Assembly (NCBI GenBank): GCA_044892525.1 | Contig: CM097886.1 | Span: 1,488,001-1,552,000 of the forward strand | Source: Schmidtea polychroa | Taxonomy: Eukaryota | Direction: 5' to 3' | DNA length: 64,000 nucleotides | Part shown: positions 1 through 10,300 of the stretch, piece by piece | How the letters are laid out: each line of letters begins with the position of its first letter | Numbering within the stretch: position 1 is the stretch's first letter | Translations under genes and position numbers: made by a program | Notes under the pieces: generated by a model | Databases searched by the model: none | What the model saw: only the letters and a program-made list of their open reading frames with translations | What the model was told of the DNA's origin: nothing

Positions 1-1267
1 AAATATCAACTTCAATGGCAAAAATGTGTCGGAGCTTTTACAGATGGCGCTCCAAGTATGAAAGAAAATTGAAAGGACTCGCGGCTTTGGTTCGTCTTGT
101 TAGCCCTTCAGTCACCATCACACACTGTATAATTCACCGAGAAGCCTTGGTTTCAAAGTAAATTCCTTCACAGCTCCTTATTGTCATGAATCAAGTCGTC
201 TCGATCGTCAACATTATCAAGTCAAAGCCTTTGAACTCCAGAATTTTCGGCCTCTTTGCGATGCGATGGATTATGATTTCAAAACTCTGCTCTACCACAA
301 AGAAGTTCGATGGCTGTCCAAGGTAAAATTTCTTGAGCGTGTTGTACACCTCAAAACTGAAATAATTTCATTTCTTGAAGTTGAGGATATCACACTCGAT
401 TTTGATTTTCGAGACAGTGACCGGTGGTTGAAGGTATCATTACTTAATGATCTTTTCAACAGATTCAATGTTCTTAATAAGAGTCTTCAGGGATCAGGTG
501 AAAAAATTATGACAGTAACATCAAAGCTTCTTTCATCCAAAGAAAAACTTCACTTGTTCATCAGAAAAATCAAGGAAAAAAGTTTCGATTTTCCCCCCAC
601 AGTTTATAAATTCGGTAATAAGGATGAAATTTCTGAGCTTGCTCTCCAAACCATGGAAATGCTTTTGAAAGCACTCGACAATTATTTCTTTTCCTTAAAC
701 GCCAACCTTTATCAGTAGATTTTGAATCCATTTGGAACAAACGAATGTCTTGAATTTCCACGAAAGAAGAAGAACGGCTTATTGATTTGAAAAACGACAT
801 CGTCAACAAAATTAATTTTGAACAAAAAGGACTGGAAGAGTTTTGGATTTCTCTAGGCAAGGATTATCCCGAGTTGAGCATCAAAGTTTTAAAATTATTG
901 CTTTCGTTTTCTACATCATACTTATGTGAACTTGGATTTTCGGCACTGGTTGAGATCATATCAAAGAAACGTGAAAGATTGCAGACAATTGATGAAGAAA
1001 TGCGAGTTAGTTAGTCGTCGCTTTGCCTCGTTTCGATAGTGTTTTCTCAGAACATCAAGCACATCCATCACATTGAAGTTTGAGAAGGAAAAAATAAATA
1101 AAAATAACTTGTATTAATTTTTTTTTCTCAAACCCGCAAGTTAAACGGCATTAAACTTTCATAAAATATAATGCAAAATTTTACATCGAAAATATTTGTC
1201 AAAGATGTCGCGAAATATTTTTTAAGTGAATGGGGTGTCGCCATCGAAAAAAGTATAGAGAACACTG
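1..1267 (+). mobile_element. 3' half of a defective hAT (Buster/Charlie, ZBED8/SCAND3-like) DNA transposon; duplicate of 3421-4687
   Basis: The translations LLYHKEVRWLSKVKFLERV and LLLSFSTSYLCELGFSAL match Buster transposase motifs (hAT dimerisation domain). The element ends in ...gagaacactg at 1267, followed by atttaaac. Frames are broken by stops and frameshifts. Confidence 0.9.
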
Positions 1268-1415
1268 ATTTAAACAAGAGGTTTTCAAACACTGTGCCGC
1301 GACACTTTTATGTGCCACGAAATTTTAGATATATAATATATCGAAATAATTCCAAATAAATGCATTATTAATAACTTATAATTAATTCTTAACCCTTAAA
1401 CCACTGAAATAGAAT
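1..1415 (+). repeat. Direct duplication of 3421-4835 (offset 3420 bp), no differences seen by eye
   Basis: Line-by-line identity; the ORF track gives identical peptides at 266/3686, 787/4207 and 1171/4591. Confidence 0.95.
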
Positions 1416-1419
1416 AAAA

Positions 1420-1499
1420 GGTCTCGTTGGTAATGTCGTTGTAGAAATTGCTGTTGATGTCGTAGATTGTGTGGATGTTGGTGTCGAGGAAGAACTTGT
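1420..1499 (-). other. Displaced ~80-bp fragment of the mucin PTS exon (TSSSSTPTSTQSTTSTAISTTTLPTRP)
   Basis: ggtctcgttggtaatgtcgttgtagaaattgctgttgatgtcgtagattgtgtggatgttggtgtcgaggaagaacttgt matches 7324-7402 and 15512-15590 with two substitutions. Confidence 0.9.
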
Positions 1500-2250
1500 A
1501 TATATTTGAGTTTAAAAAAAACCATTTTGGATTCTATAGTTGCTCAGATCTTTTTTCAGACTTCTTCGGATAGTTGATACTAACATTTTTTATTGAAAAT
1601 CGGAAATTAAAATAAAGACTTAATAATTGTAGAGACATACAACTAAATCGAATAAATATTTTATTCAAAAGAACATTAAAATAAATAATTTATATATCTG
1701 CTCCAATAGTCAATGTACCAACGAAAGCACGGACACTTGATCTGACGATTCTATGGAGATTGTTGAAGATCTTGACCATCATCAGAGAGATCATAGCTAA
1801 TAAAACGAAGACTTCAGTTTCTTGGTTCTGACGAGATTTAATGATTGGGAAATTGAAAGATTCATTAATTGTTTCTTTATATTGAATTTGATTTTTTGAA
1901 AAAAAAGTCAAGATTATTTAAACAATGATTTTGATTTGATTTAGTTATAATTAATTTAATTAATTTAATAATATATTTTAAGTCCAATTATTAAATTGAT
2001 AAAATTGAGAGTCAGAGACACTACAATATTATTCTCCTTTTCAAATTGTTGTTAAGAAATTTGAATTTACTCAATAAAATTGAATGACAAAAAAATTAAG
2101 TTTAATATTTTACATTAATTTTAATTTTAGAGATAACGTTAATGACAGAAATCTATTTCCATATAATACAAATATATTTTTGAAAATATTTTATTAAATA
2201 CAATAAAATTAAGGTACAATTTGTAAATAATTATAAAGTTTGATTTAAAC

Positions 2251-4687
2251 CAGTGTTCTGGGTGTCATGTAGGATTTTTTGGGTGTCGCGTAGGATTTTT
2301 TGGGTGTGGCGAGATTTCTTAAAATTCCATAAAAATTTCAGCCAAAATAATCTCAGGAATTTCTACTGAGATTGTTATTTTTTATTAATCTGAACGTTCA
2401 TTTTATTTTCAAAGAGTGATCTTAAGTGATTGAAGACGACTAGAAAAATATTATCTTTCTCTAAGTTGTTTAACTTCTATTTTGGAAAAACGACTTTGGG
2501 AAAAATGTAAATTATCATTTTAAACACAACATAAACAAAAGAAAATATAAATTTGATTAAAAAGTGCAAAAAAACATTATTTCCATAAGAAGGTAAAGTA
2601 GTAACCTCCAATTTGTGCTATTTATCAAGTGAAAAATTGCATGTTTTAAGTAAGTTTTACTAGATAAATTGTAAATAATAATATAATCGAGTTTATTTTT
2701 TATTAGGATGGATAAACTTTTGTTGAATAAATCAGTTAAAACACCAAATTCAGTGACCAAAAAAATCGAAAAGAAAAGAAAATATGCTGAAGACTTCATC
2801 GACTGAGAAAAATGAACAGGAGTTTCCTTTTTGTCTGATGTGTAATGAGAAATTGTCAAATGCGTCAATGGTTCCCAAAAAATTGATTAGACACAAGGAA
2901 ACTAAGCATCCAGAGCTATATTCAAAATCAAAACAATATTTTGAAACTCTGCGAACACAAAGAGAAAAACAAGCGTTTAAGATGAAAAATTTCTGCAAGA
3001 TTCCTGAAAAGGCTCAGATTGCAAGGTTCCAAGTAGCTTATTTACTCGTGAAAAAATGAAAACCACACACAGAAGCTGAAAGTATTATTGCTCCTGCAGT
3101 TTCGATTATTGTTAGCACAATGCTGGGATGTGAAGAATGTGCCATTGTCAGCAAACTCAATTTCAAGAAGGATTCAATACCTATCAAACAACATTGAATC
3201 TCAAATCATCGAGAATTTTCAGAGCTAGGAGAAGGATCTTTCCAAATTGTGATCGCTGCAAGTTGACGAAACCACCGACATCAGCGGAAAAGCACAGCTC
3301 ATTACATTCATCAGAATCGTTCACGGTACAGAAGTAATGAACCAATATTTGTTCTGCCAGGAGTTGACTGAAACAACGACAGGAAGAGATATTTTCAACT
3401 TGATCGACGACAATGTGAAGAAATATCAACTTCAATGGCAAAAATGTGTCGGAGCTTTTACAGATGGCGCTCCAAGTATGAAAGAAAATTGAAAGGACTC
3501 GCGGCTTTGGTTCGTCTTGTTAGCCCTTCAGTCACCATCACACACTGTATAATTCACCGAGAAGCCTTGGTTTCAAAGTAAATTCCTTCACAGCTCCTTA
3601 TTGTCATGAATCAAGTCGTCTCGATCGTCAACATTATCAAGTCAAAGCCTTTGAACTCCAGAATTTTCGGCCTCTTTGCGATGCGATGGATTATGATTTC
3701 AAAACTCTGCTCTACCACAAAGAAGTTCGATGGCTGTCCAAGGTAAAATTTCTTGAGCGTGTTGTACACCTCAAAACTGAAATAATTTCATTTCTTGAAG
3801 TTGAGGATATCACACTCGATTTTGATTTTCGAGACAGTGACCGGTGGTTGAAGGTATCATTACTTAATGATCTTTTCAACAGATTCAATGTTCTTAATAA
3901 GAGTCTTCAGGGATCAGGTGAAAAAATTATGACAGTAACATCAAAGCTTCTTTCATCCAAAGAAAAACTTCACTTGTTCATCAGAAAAATCAAGGAAAAA
4001 AGTTTCGATTTTCCCCCCACAGTTTATAAATTCGGTAATAAGGATGAAATTTCTGAGCTTGCTCTCCAAACCATGGAAATGCTTTTGAAAGCACTCGACA
4101 ATTATTTCTTTTCCTTAAACGCCAACCTTTATCAGTAGATTTTGAATCCATTTGGAACAAACGAATGTCTTGAATTTCCACGAAAGAAGAAGAACGGCTT
4201 ATTGATTTGAAAAACGACATCGTCAACAAAATTAATTTTGAACAAAAAGGACTGGAAGAGTTTTGGATTTCTCTAGGCAAGGATTATCCCGAGTTGAGCA
4301 TCAAAGTTTTAAAATTATTGCTTTCGTTTTCTACATCATACTTATGTGAACTTGGATTTTCGGCACTGGTTGAGATCATATCAAAGAAACGTGAAAGATT
4401 GCAGACAATTGATGAAGAAATGCGAGTTAGTTAGTCGTCGCTTTGCCTCGTTTCGATAGTGTTTTCTCAGAACATCAAGCACATCCATCACATTGAAGTT
4501 TGAGAAGGAAAAAATAAATAAAAATAACTTGTATTAATTTTTTTTTCTCAAACCCGCAAGTTAAACGGCATTAAACTTTCATAAAATATAATGCAAAATT
4601 TTACATCGAAAATATTTGTCAAAGATGTCGCGAAATATTTTTTAAGTGAATGGGGTGTCGCCATCGAAAAAAGTATAGAGAACACTG
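2251..4687 (+). mobile_element. Full-span but defective hAT Buster-family transposon (2437 bp)
   Basis: Termini cagtgttct.../...agaacactg. The 8-bp TSD atttaaac sits at 2243-2250 and 4688-4695 and fits the Buster nnnTAnnn pattern. Subterminal gggtgtcgc-type repeats are present. The BED-like finger FCLMCNEKLSNASMVPKKLIRHKETKH, the catalytic region and the dimerisation region all carry stops and frameshifts. Confidence 0.92.
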
Positions 4688-4695
4688 ATTTAAAC

Positions 4696-5221
4696 AAGAG
4701 GTTTTCAAACACTGTGCCGCGACACTTTTATGTGCCACGAAATTTTAGATATATAATATATCGAAATAATTCCAAATAAATGCATTATTAATAACTTATA
4801 ATTAATTCTTAACCCTTAAACCACTGAAATAGAATTAAGAGGCTCCGAAGTTTTCAACCAAACTGACCGTTACAAGTAAACCATGAGTTTCATCGTTTTC
4901 AAACCTGCAAATTGTGGTATGGAGTTTTACAAACGAAAAACGGTCTTACAGGTTGGAACGCGAAAATGTTTTGATTTGAATTGAATGGCGTTTTTATGAT
5001 GACCGTCTGTAAACGATTTTAGTTGTGAAAGGCTTAATAAACGTTTTGTTATTTTTTAATACATACTATTTTATTTCGCACATTTAAAATTTTTATCCTA
5101 AGCTATTTGATGAAGTTGTTAAAGGTAAGTAAATAATTTTTAAACTTATCTTTTTCTTTGTATGCCCCAAATTTCGAAATCATTAAAAGTGTGCCGCAAC
5201 AAAAAAGGTTAAAAATAACGG
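4696..5221. mobile_element. Degenerate non-autonomous hAT (Buster/Charlie-type) MITE
   Basis: Flanked by atttaaac at 4688-4695 and 5222-5229. The ends aagaggttttcaaac and ggttaaaaataacgg resemble cagtggttttcaacc-type TIRs. The subterminal motif tgtgccgc appears near both ends. Confidence 0.55.
4813..5033. mobile_element. Possible piggyBac-like MITE nested in the hAT MITE
   Basis: TTAA at 4809-4812 and 5034-5037. Imperfect TIR cccttaaaccactgaaa versus reverse complement gcctttcacaactaaaa. Confidence 0.4.
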
Positions 5222-5394
5222 ATTTAAACACTTTGACAGTCTCATTCTCATCATTAGATAGAACGGGAAAACTAGATATTATAAATTAATTAGAAAATAA
5301 TTTAAAATTTTTATTTAAACATAAAAATTATTTATTTATTTGGCTAGAATGTATACATCAGATGGTAAGATAAATAAAGGTAAATAAATTTGAT

Positions 5395-5810
5395 TGATAT
5401 TACCGTACTCGGAAGGATATAAAGATTATAAAAGGAAGATGAGCAAGCAGTTGCGCACTTTAAATTATGTTATTGTTTCTAATTCGTGTAAAGTTAGCAA
5501 TATGTTTATTATTAAATCTCAAATACTGGATTAATTTGTTGTCATATTTTGTTTATAAATTTTCATTTAATAGGTGTAACACCATATACATTAGACAGAC
5601 TTCCGTTATCTCTGTACTGCAGTTCTAGAACATTGTCAGCATAATAGATTTATCAATATCAGTAAGCATAAAAAAGGATGTGTGAGTCAAACAAGCATGT
5701 CTGATCTTTATTTTAAACATGTGATTTGTGAAGTGCTATTGATAAGTTAGTTTTATCCGAAAATTAATGTACAAAATGCTGTTTACTTCTGTGTGTTTGA
5801 ATGTTTGAAA
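5395..5810 (+). mobile_element. Decayed Penelope-like element (PLE) GIY-YIG 3' fragment, same family as 53692-54369
   Basis: Manual translation across frameshifts gives LPYSEGYKDYKRKMSKQLRTLNY, VYKFSFNRCNTIYIRQTS, RYLCTAVLEHC and [18 protein letters not shown]. These align with [52 protein letters not shown] and [21 protein letters not shown]. Confidence 0.8.
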
Positions 5811-6797
5811 TAGATTGTTAATTAAGTGGAAAGTATGTGGATTGTTATTTTTTTCAAGTGTATTGAATGGCTAAATTAAAATTTAAAATAATATTGTTTT
5901 AAAATTTATTGTTTGTTTATTAAAATAAAAATGAAAAATATTTTGGGTGAGAAAGATAAGGATATAAGTTATATTTTATGTTGAAATAAAAAGTTAATGA
6001 TACATGAATGAGTGTGTGTGTGTGAAAGGAGTGAAGTAAGAATGTATGAGATCTGTATCAATAATATTGCTTAAATTAATAATATTCGCTTTTCAAGCTT
6101 AAGCCACCGGAAGAATTCTAATTAGGATTTCATTAAAAATTCTTGTTTCGAATTTCTTAAATAAAATTTTAATACAAAATATCCTAACAATGATATGGTG
6201 AAATATATTGCAAGATAAAGGATTGAGTGGTGTTTTTTATTAATTACATCATTGGCACGTTTATTTCATTATTCATTAATGATATTCATTAATATTATAT
6301 TCACTACAAATAAACAAATATTACTGATCCACAAAAATCTGAAATGATACTATCAAATAATATACTGGATTTTATGTATATTCGTACAAACTACGAGAAT
6401 TAGTCCATTTGTATAAAGAGTTTCGAAATAAGAAAAACCTAAAATATTTTTATATAGATTAGCAAATATTTCAATAAAATAATTAAGAAATAATCATCTC
6501 TTTATATATATATCCGTTTTTTGATGTTTTTTACATGTTATTTATTTTTGACCTTTCTACTAATTCTACATTTTTAACGAATTTCCTTATAAAAACATAT
6601 TTTGTTGAATTTGTCTTTCAATAAATCTTATAATGCTTACTTTCTGAAAATTATTTTATACAAAATCTGACACTAATATCCTCTACATAATACAGAAAAT
6701 GTTGGTAAATATAAAACCAAAGTATTTTTGAATCAATGAAGTGAAAATATAAGTGAAAGATGCATATTTTAAAGAAATAAATAAATAGTAAACTTAC

Positions 6798-7310
6798 CTG
6801 ATAATATTTCCCGTCCAAAAAGCACCCGGTTATATTCTTGAAGCACCCAATCACTTCTAAATCTACAAATTTCTTGCTAGCTACGTCTTCTTTTTCGATG
6901 ATAATTTCCACAGAAATCAGATATAGACCGATATCAATTGTAAGCTCCTTTTCATCCGATTGATAAGACTTTCTGGACATATTTCGCTTTTCGTTTATAA
7001 AGATCAATTCAACCGAATGAAGCTGCTTTCCAATGATCAGCTGAATTCAGGAATGTTTACTAATAATAACAATAATTGACAATAATATTTCTACTTGATG
7101 AATAAATGGAATTTCTCTATTTCCATTGTCGGTTAAATCAATCTTGATCGCTGTCGTCTCTTTTGTAGTTATTTCCAATCCAGACGAGTCAGATTTGCGC
7201 AATTTATATACATTATTAATATTATTATTATTGTTATCCGATTTGCTGTTGATAGAGATTTGATGGTCAGCAATGAAAACGTTTGATACCATTCCATTAA
7301 CCAATTTGCA
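6798..7310 (-). CDS. F5/8 type C (discoidin)-like domain, distal copy, split by a 54-nt intron (7041-7094)
   Basis: Starts CKLVNGMVSNVFIADHQIS (compare FA58C C..LGM.SG.I.D.QI.ASS) and ends DLEVIGC (compare LRLELYGC). Splicing joins PFIHQ to LIIGKQLHSVELIF in frame. Confidence 0.6.
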
Positions 7311-10300
7311 TGGGGCAGTTGTAGGTCTCGTTGGTAATGTCGTTGTAGAAATGGCTGTTGATGTCGTAGATTTTGTGGATGTTGGTGTCGAGGAAGAACT
7401 TGTCGTTACTCTTTCTTTTGTTGTTGATGATCCAGTTGTTGTTGATCCAATTGTTGTTGTTGATTTAGTGGTTGTTGATCCAGTTGTTGTTGTTGTTGGC
7501 CCAGTTGTTGTTGTTGTTGGCCCAGTTGTTGTTGTTGATTTAGTGGTTGTTGGTCCAGTTGTTGTTGTTGATTTAGTGGTTGTTGGTCCAGTTGTTGTTG
7601 ATCCAGTTGTTGTTGTTGGCCCGATTGGTGTTGTTGATTTAGTGGTTGTTGATCCAGTTGTAGTTGTTGTTGATTTAGTGGTTGTTGGTCCAGTTGTTGT
7701 TGATCCAATTGTTGTTGTTGATTTAGTGGTTGTTGATCCAGTTGTTGTTGTTGTTGGTCCAGTTGTTGTTGTTGATTTAGTGGTTGTTGGTCCAGTTGTT
7801 GTTGATCTAATTGTTGTTGTTGATTTAGTGGTTGTTGATCCAGTTGTTGTTGTTGTTGGTCCAGTTGTTGTTGTTGATTTAGTGGTTGTTGGTCCAGTTG
7901 TTGTTGATCCAGTTGTTGTTGTTGGCCCGATTGGTGTTGTTGATTTAGTGGTTGTTGATCCAGTTGTTGTTGTTGGTCCAGTTGTTGTTGCTCCAGTTGT
8001 TGTTGTTGTTGGCCCAGTTGTTGTTGTTGATTTAGTGGTTGTTGGTCCAGTTGTTGTTGTTGATTTAGTGGTTGTTGGTCCAGTTGTTGTTGATCCAGTT
8101 GTTGTTGATCCAGTTGTTGTTGTTGGCCCGATTGGTGTTGTTGATTTAGTGGTTGTTGGTCCAGTTGTTGTTGTTGGTCCAGTTGTTGTTGTATGTCCTG
8201 TTGTTGTTGATTTAGTGGTTGTTGGTCCAGTTGATGTTGATCCAATTGTTGTTGTTGATTTAGTGGTTGTTGGTCCAGTTGTTGTTGTTGTTGGTCCAGT
8301 TGTTGTTGTTGTTGGCCCAGTTGTTGTTGTTGATTTAGTGGTTGTTGGTCCAGTTGTTGTTGATCCAATTGTTGTTGTTGACTTAGTGGTTGTTGATCCA
8401 GTTTTTGTTGTTGTTGGTCCAGTTGTTGTTGTTGTTGGCCCAGTTGTTGTTGTTGATTTAGTGGTTGTTGGTCCAGTTGTTGTTGTTGATTTAGTGGTTG
8501 TTGGTCCAGTTGTTGTTGTTGATTTAGTGGTTGTTGATCCAGTTGTTGTTGTTGGCCCGATTGGCGTTGTTGATTTAGTGGCTGTTGATCCAGTTGTTGT
8601 TGTATGTCGAGTTGTTGTTGTTGATTTTGTGGTTGTTATCGATCCACTAGATGTTGTTGACTTTGTGGGAGTTGTTGGTGAAGAAGTTGTAGGTAAAGCT
8701 GTTGATTTTATCGTTGTTGTCGGTGAAGAAGTTGTAGGTAAAGTTGTTGATTCTGTGGTTGTATTTGATCCTAAAGATGTTGTTGACTTTGTGGGAGTTG
8801 TTGGTGAAGAAGTTGTAGGTAAAGCTGTTGATTTTATCGTTGTTGTAGGTGAAGAAGTTGTAGGTAGAGTTGTTGATTTTGTGGTTGTTATCGGTCCAGT
8901 TGTTGTTGGTCCAGTTGAAAATGGTCCAGTAGTTGTTGTTGATTTAGTGGTTGTTATACGTCCAGTTGTTGTTGTTGGTCCAGTTGTTGTTGTTGGTCCA
9001 GTTGTTGTTGTTGGTCCAGTTGTTGTTGTTGGTCCAGTTGTTGTTGTTGATTCAGTTGTTGTTGTTGGCCCAAGTATTGTTGTTGATTTAGAGGTTGTTA
9101 GTCCAGTTGTTGTTGTTGGCCCAATTATTGTTGTTGATTTAGAGGTTGTTAATCCAGTTGTTGTTGATCCAGTTGTTGTTGTTGGCCAGATTGGTGTTGT
9201 TGATTTAGTGGTTGTTGATCCAGTTGTTGTTGTTGATTTAGTGGTTGTTGGTCCAGTTGTTGTTGATCCAGTTGTTGTTGTTGGCCCGATTGATGTTGTT
9301 GATTTAGTGGTTGTTGATCCAGTTGTTGTTGTATGTCCAGTTGTTGTTGTTGATTTAGTGGTTGTTGGTCCAGTTGTTGTTGTTGGCCCGATTGGTGTTG
9401 TTGATTTAGTGGTTGTTGATCCAGTTGTTGTTGTTGGCCCGATTGGTGTTGTTGATTTAGTGGTTGTTGATCCAGTTGTTGTTGTTGGCCCGATTGGTGT
9501 TGTTGATTTAGTAGTTGTTGATCCAGTTGTTGTTGTATGACCAGTTGTTGTTGATCCAGTTGTTGTTGTTGACCCGATTGGTGTTATTGATTTAGTGGTT
9601 GTTGATCCAGTTGTTGTTGTTGGACCGATTAGTGTTGTTGATTTAGTGGTTGTTGATCGAGTTGTAGTTGTTGGCCCGATTGATGTTGTTGATTTAGTGG
9701 TTGTTGGTCCAGTTGTTGTTGTTGACCCAATTGTTATTGTTGATTTAGTGGTTGTTGCTCCTGTTGTTGTTGTTGGTCCAGTTGTTGTTGTTGGCCCGAT
9801 TGGTGTTGTTGATTTAGTGGTTGTTGATCCAGTTGTTGTTGTTGGCTCGATTGGTGTTATTGATTTAGTGGTTGTTGCTCCAGTTGTTGTTGTTGGCCCA
9901 ATTGGTGTTATTGATTTAGTGGTTGTTGATCCAGTTGTTGTTGTTGACCCAATTGTTGTTGTTGATTTAGTGGTTGTTGATCCAGTTGTTGTTGTTGGGG
10001 TGATTGGTGTTGTTGATTTAGTGGTTGTTGATCCAGATGTTGTTGTTGGCCCGATTGGTGTTGTTGATTTAGTGGTTGTTGATCCAGTTGTTGTTGTTGG
10101 CCCGATTGGTGTTGTTGATTTAGTGGTTGTTGATCCAGTTGTTGTTGTTGGCCCGATTGGTGTTGTTGATTTAGTAGTTGTTGATCCAGTTGTTGTTGTA
10201 TGACCAGTTGTTGTTGATCCAGTTGTTGTTGTTGACCCGATTGTTGTTATTGATTTAGTGGTTGTTGATCCAGTTGTTGTTGTTGGACCGATTAGTGTTG

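Noticed and set aside
1171-1359. 62-aa ORF repeated at 4591-4779
   Set aside because: It spans the TIR, the TSD and the next MITE end, so it is a chance frame in duplicated non-coding DNA.
6651-6797. Hydrophobic read-through tail (VSLLFIYFFKICIFHLYF...) as a possible transmembrane anchor
   Set aside because: It begins at a consensus donor (cag/gtaag), and the same sequence is demonstrably intronic in the upstream copy. AT-rich introns translate as F/I/L/Y by default.
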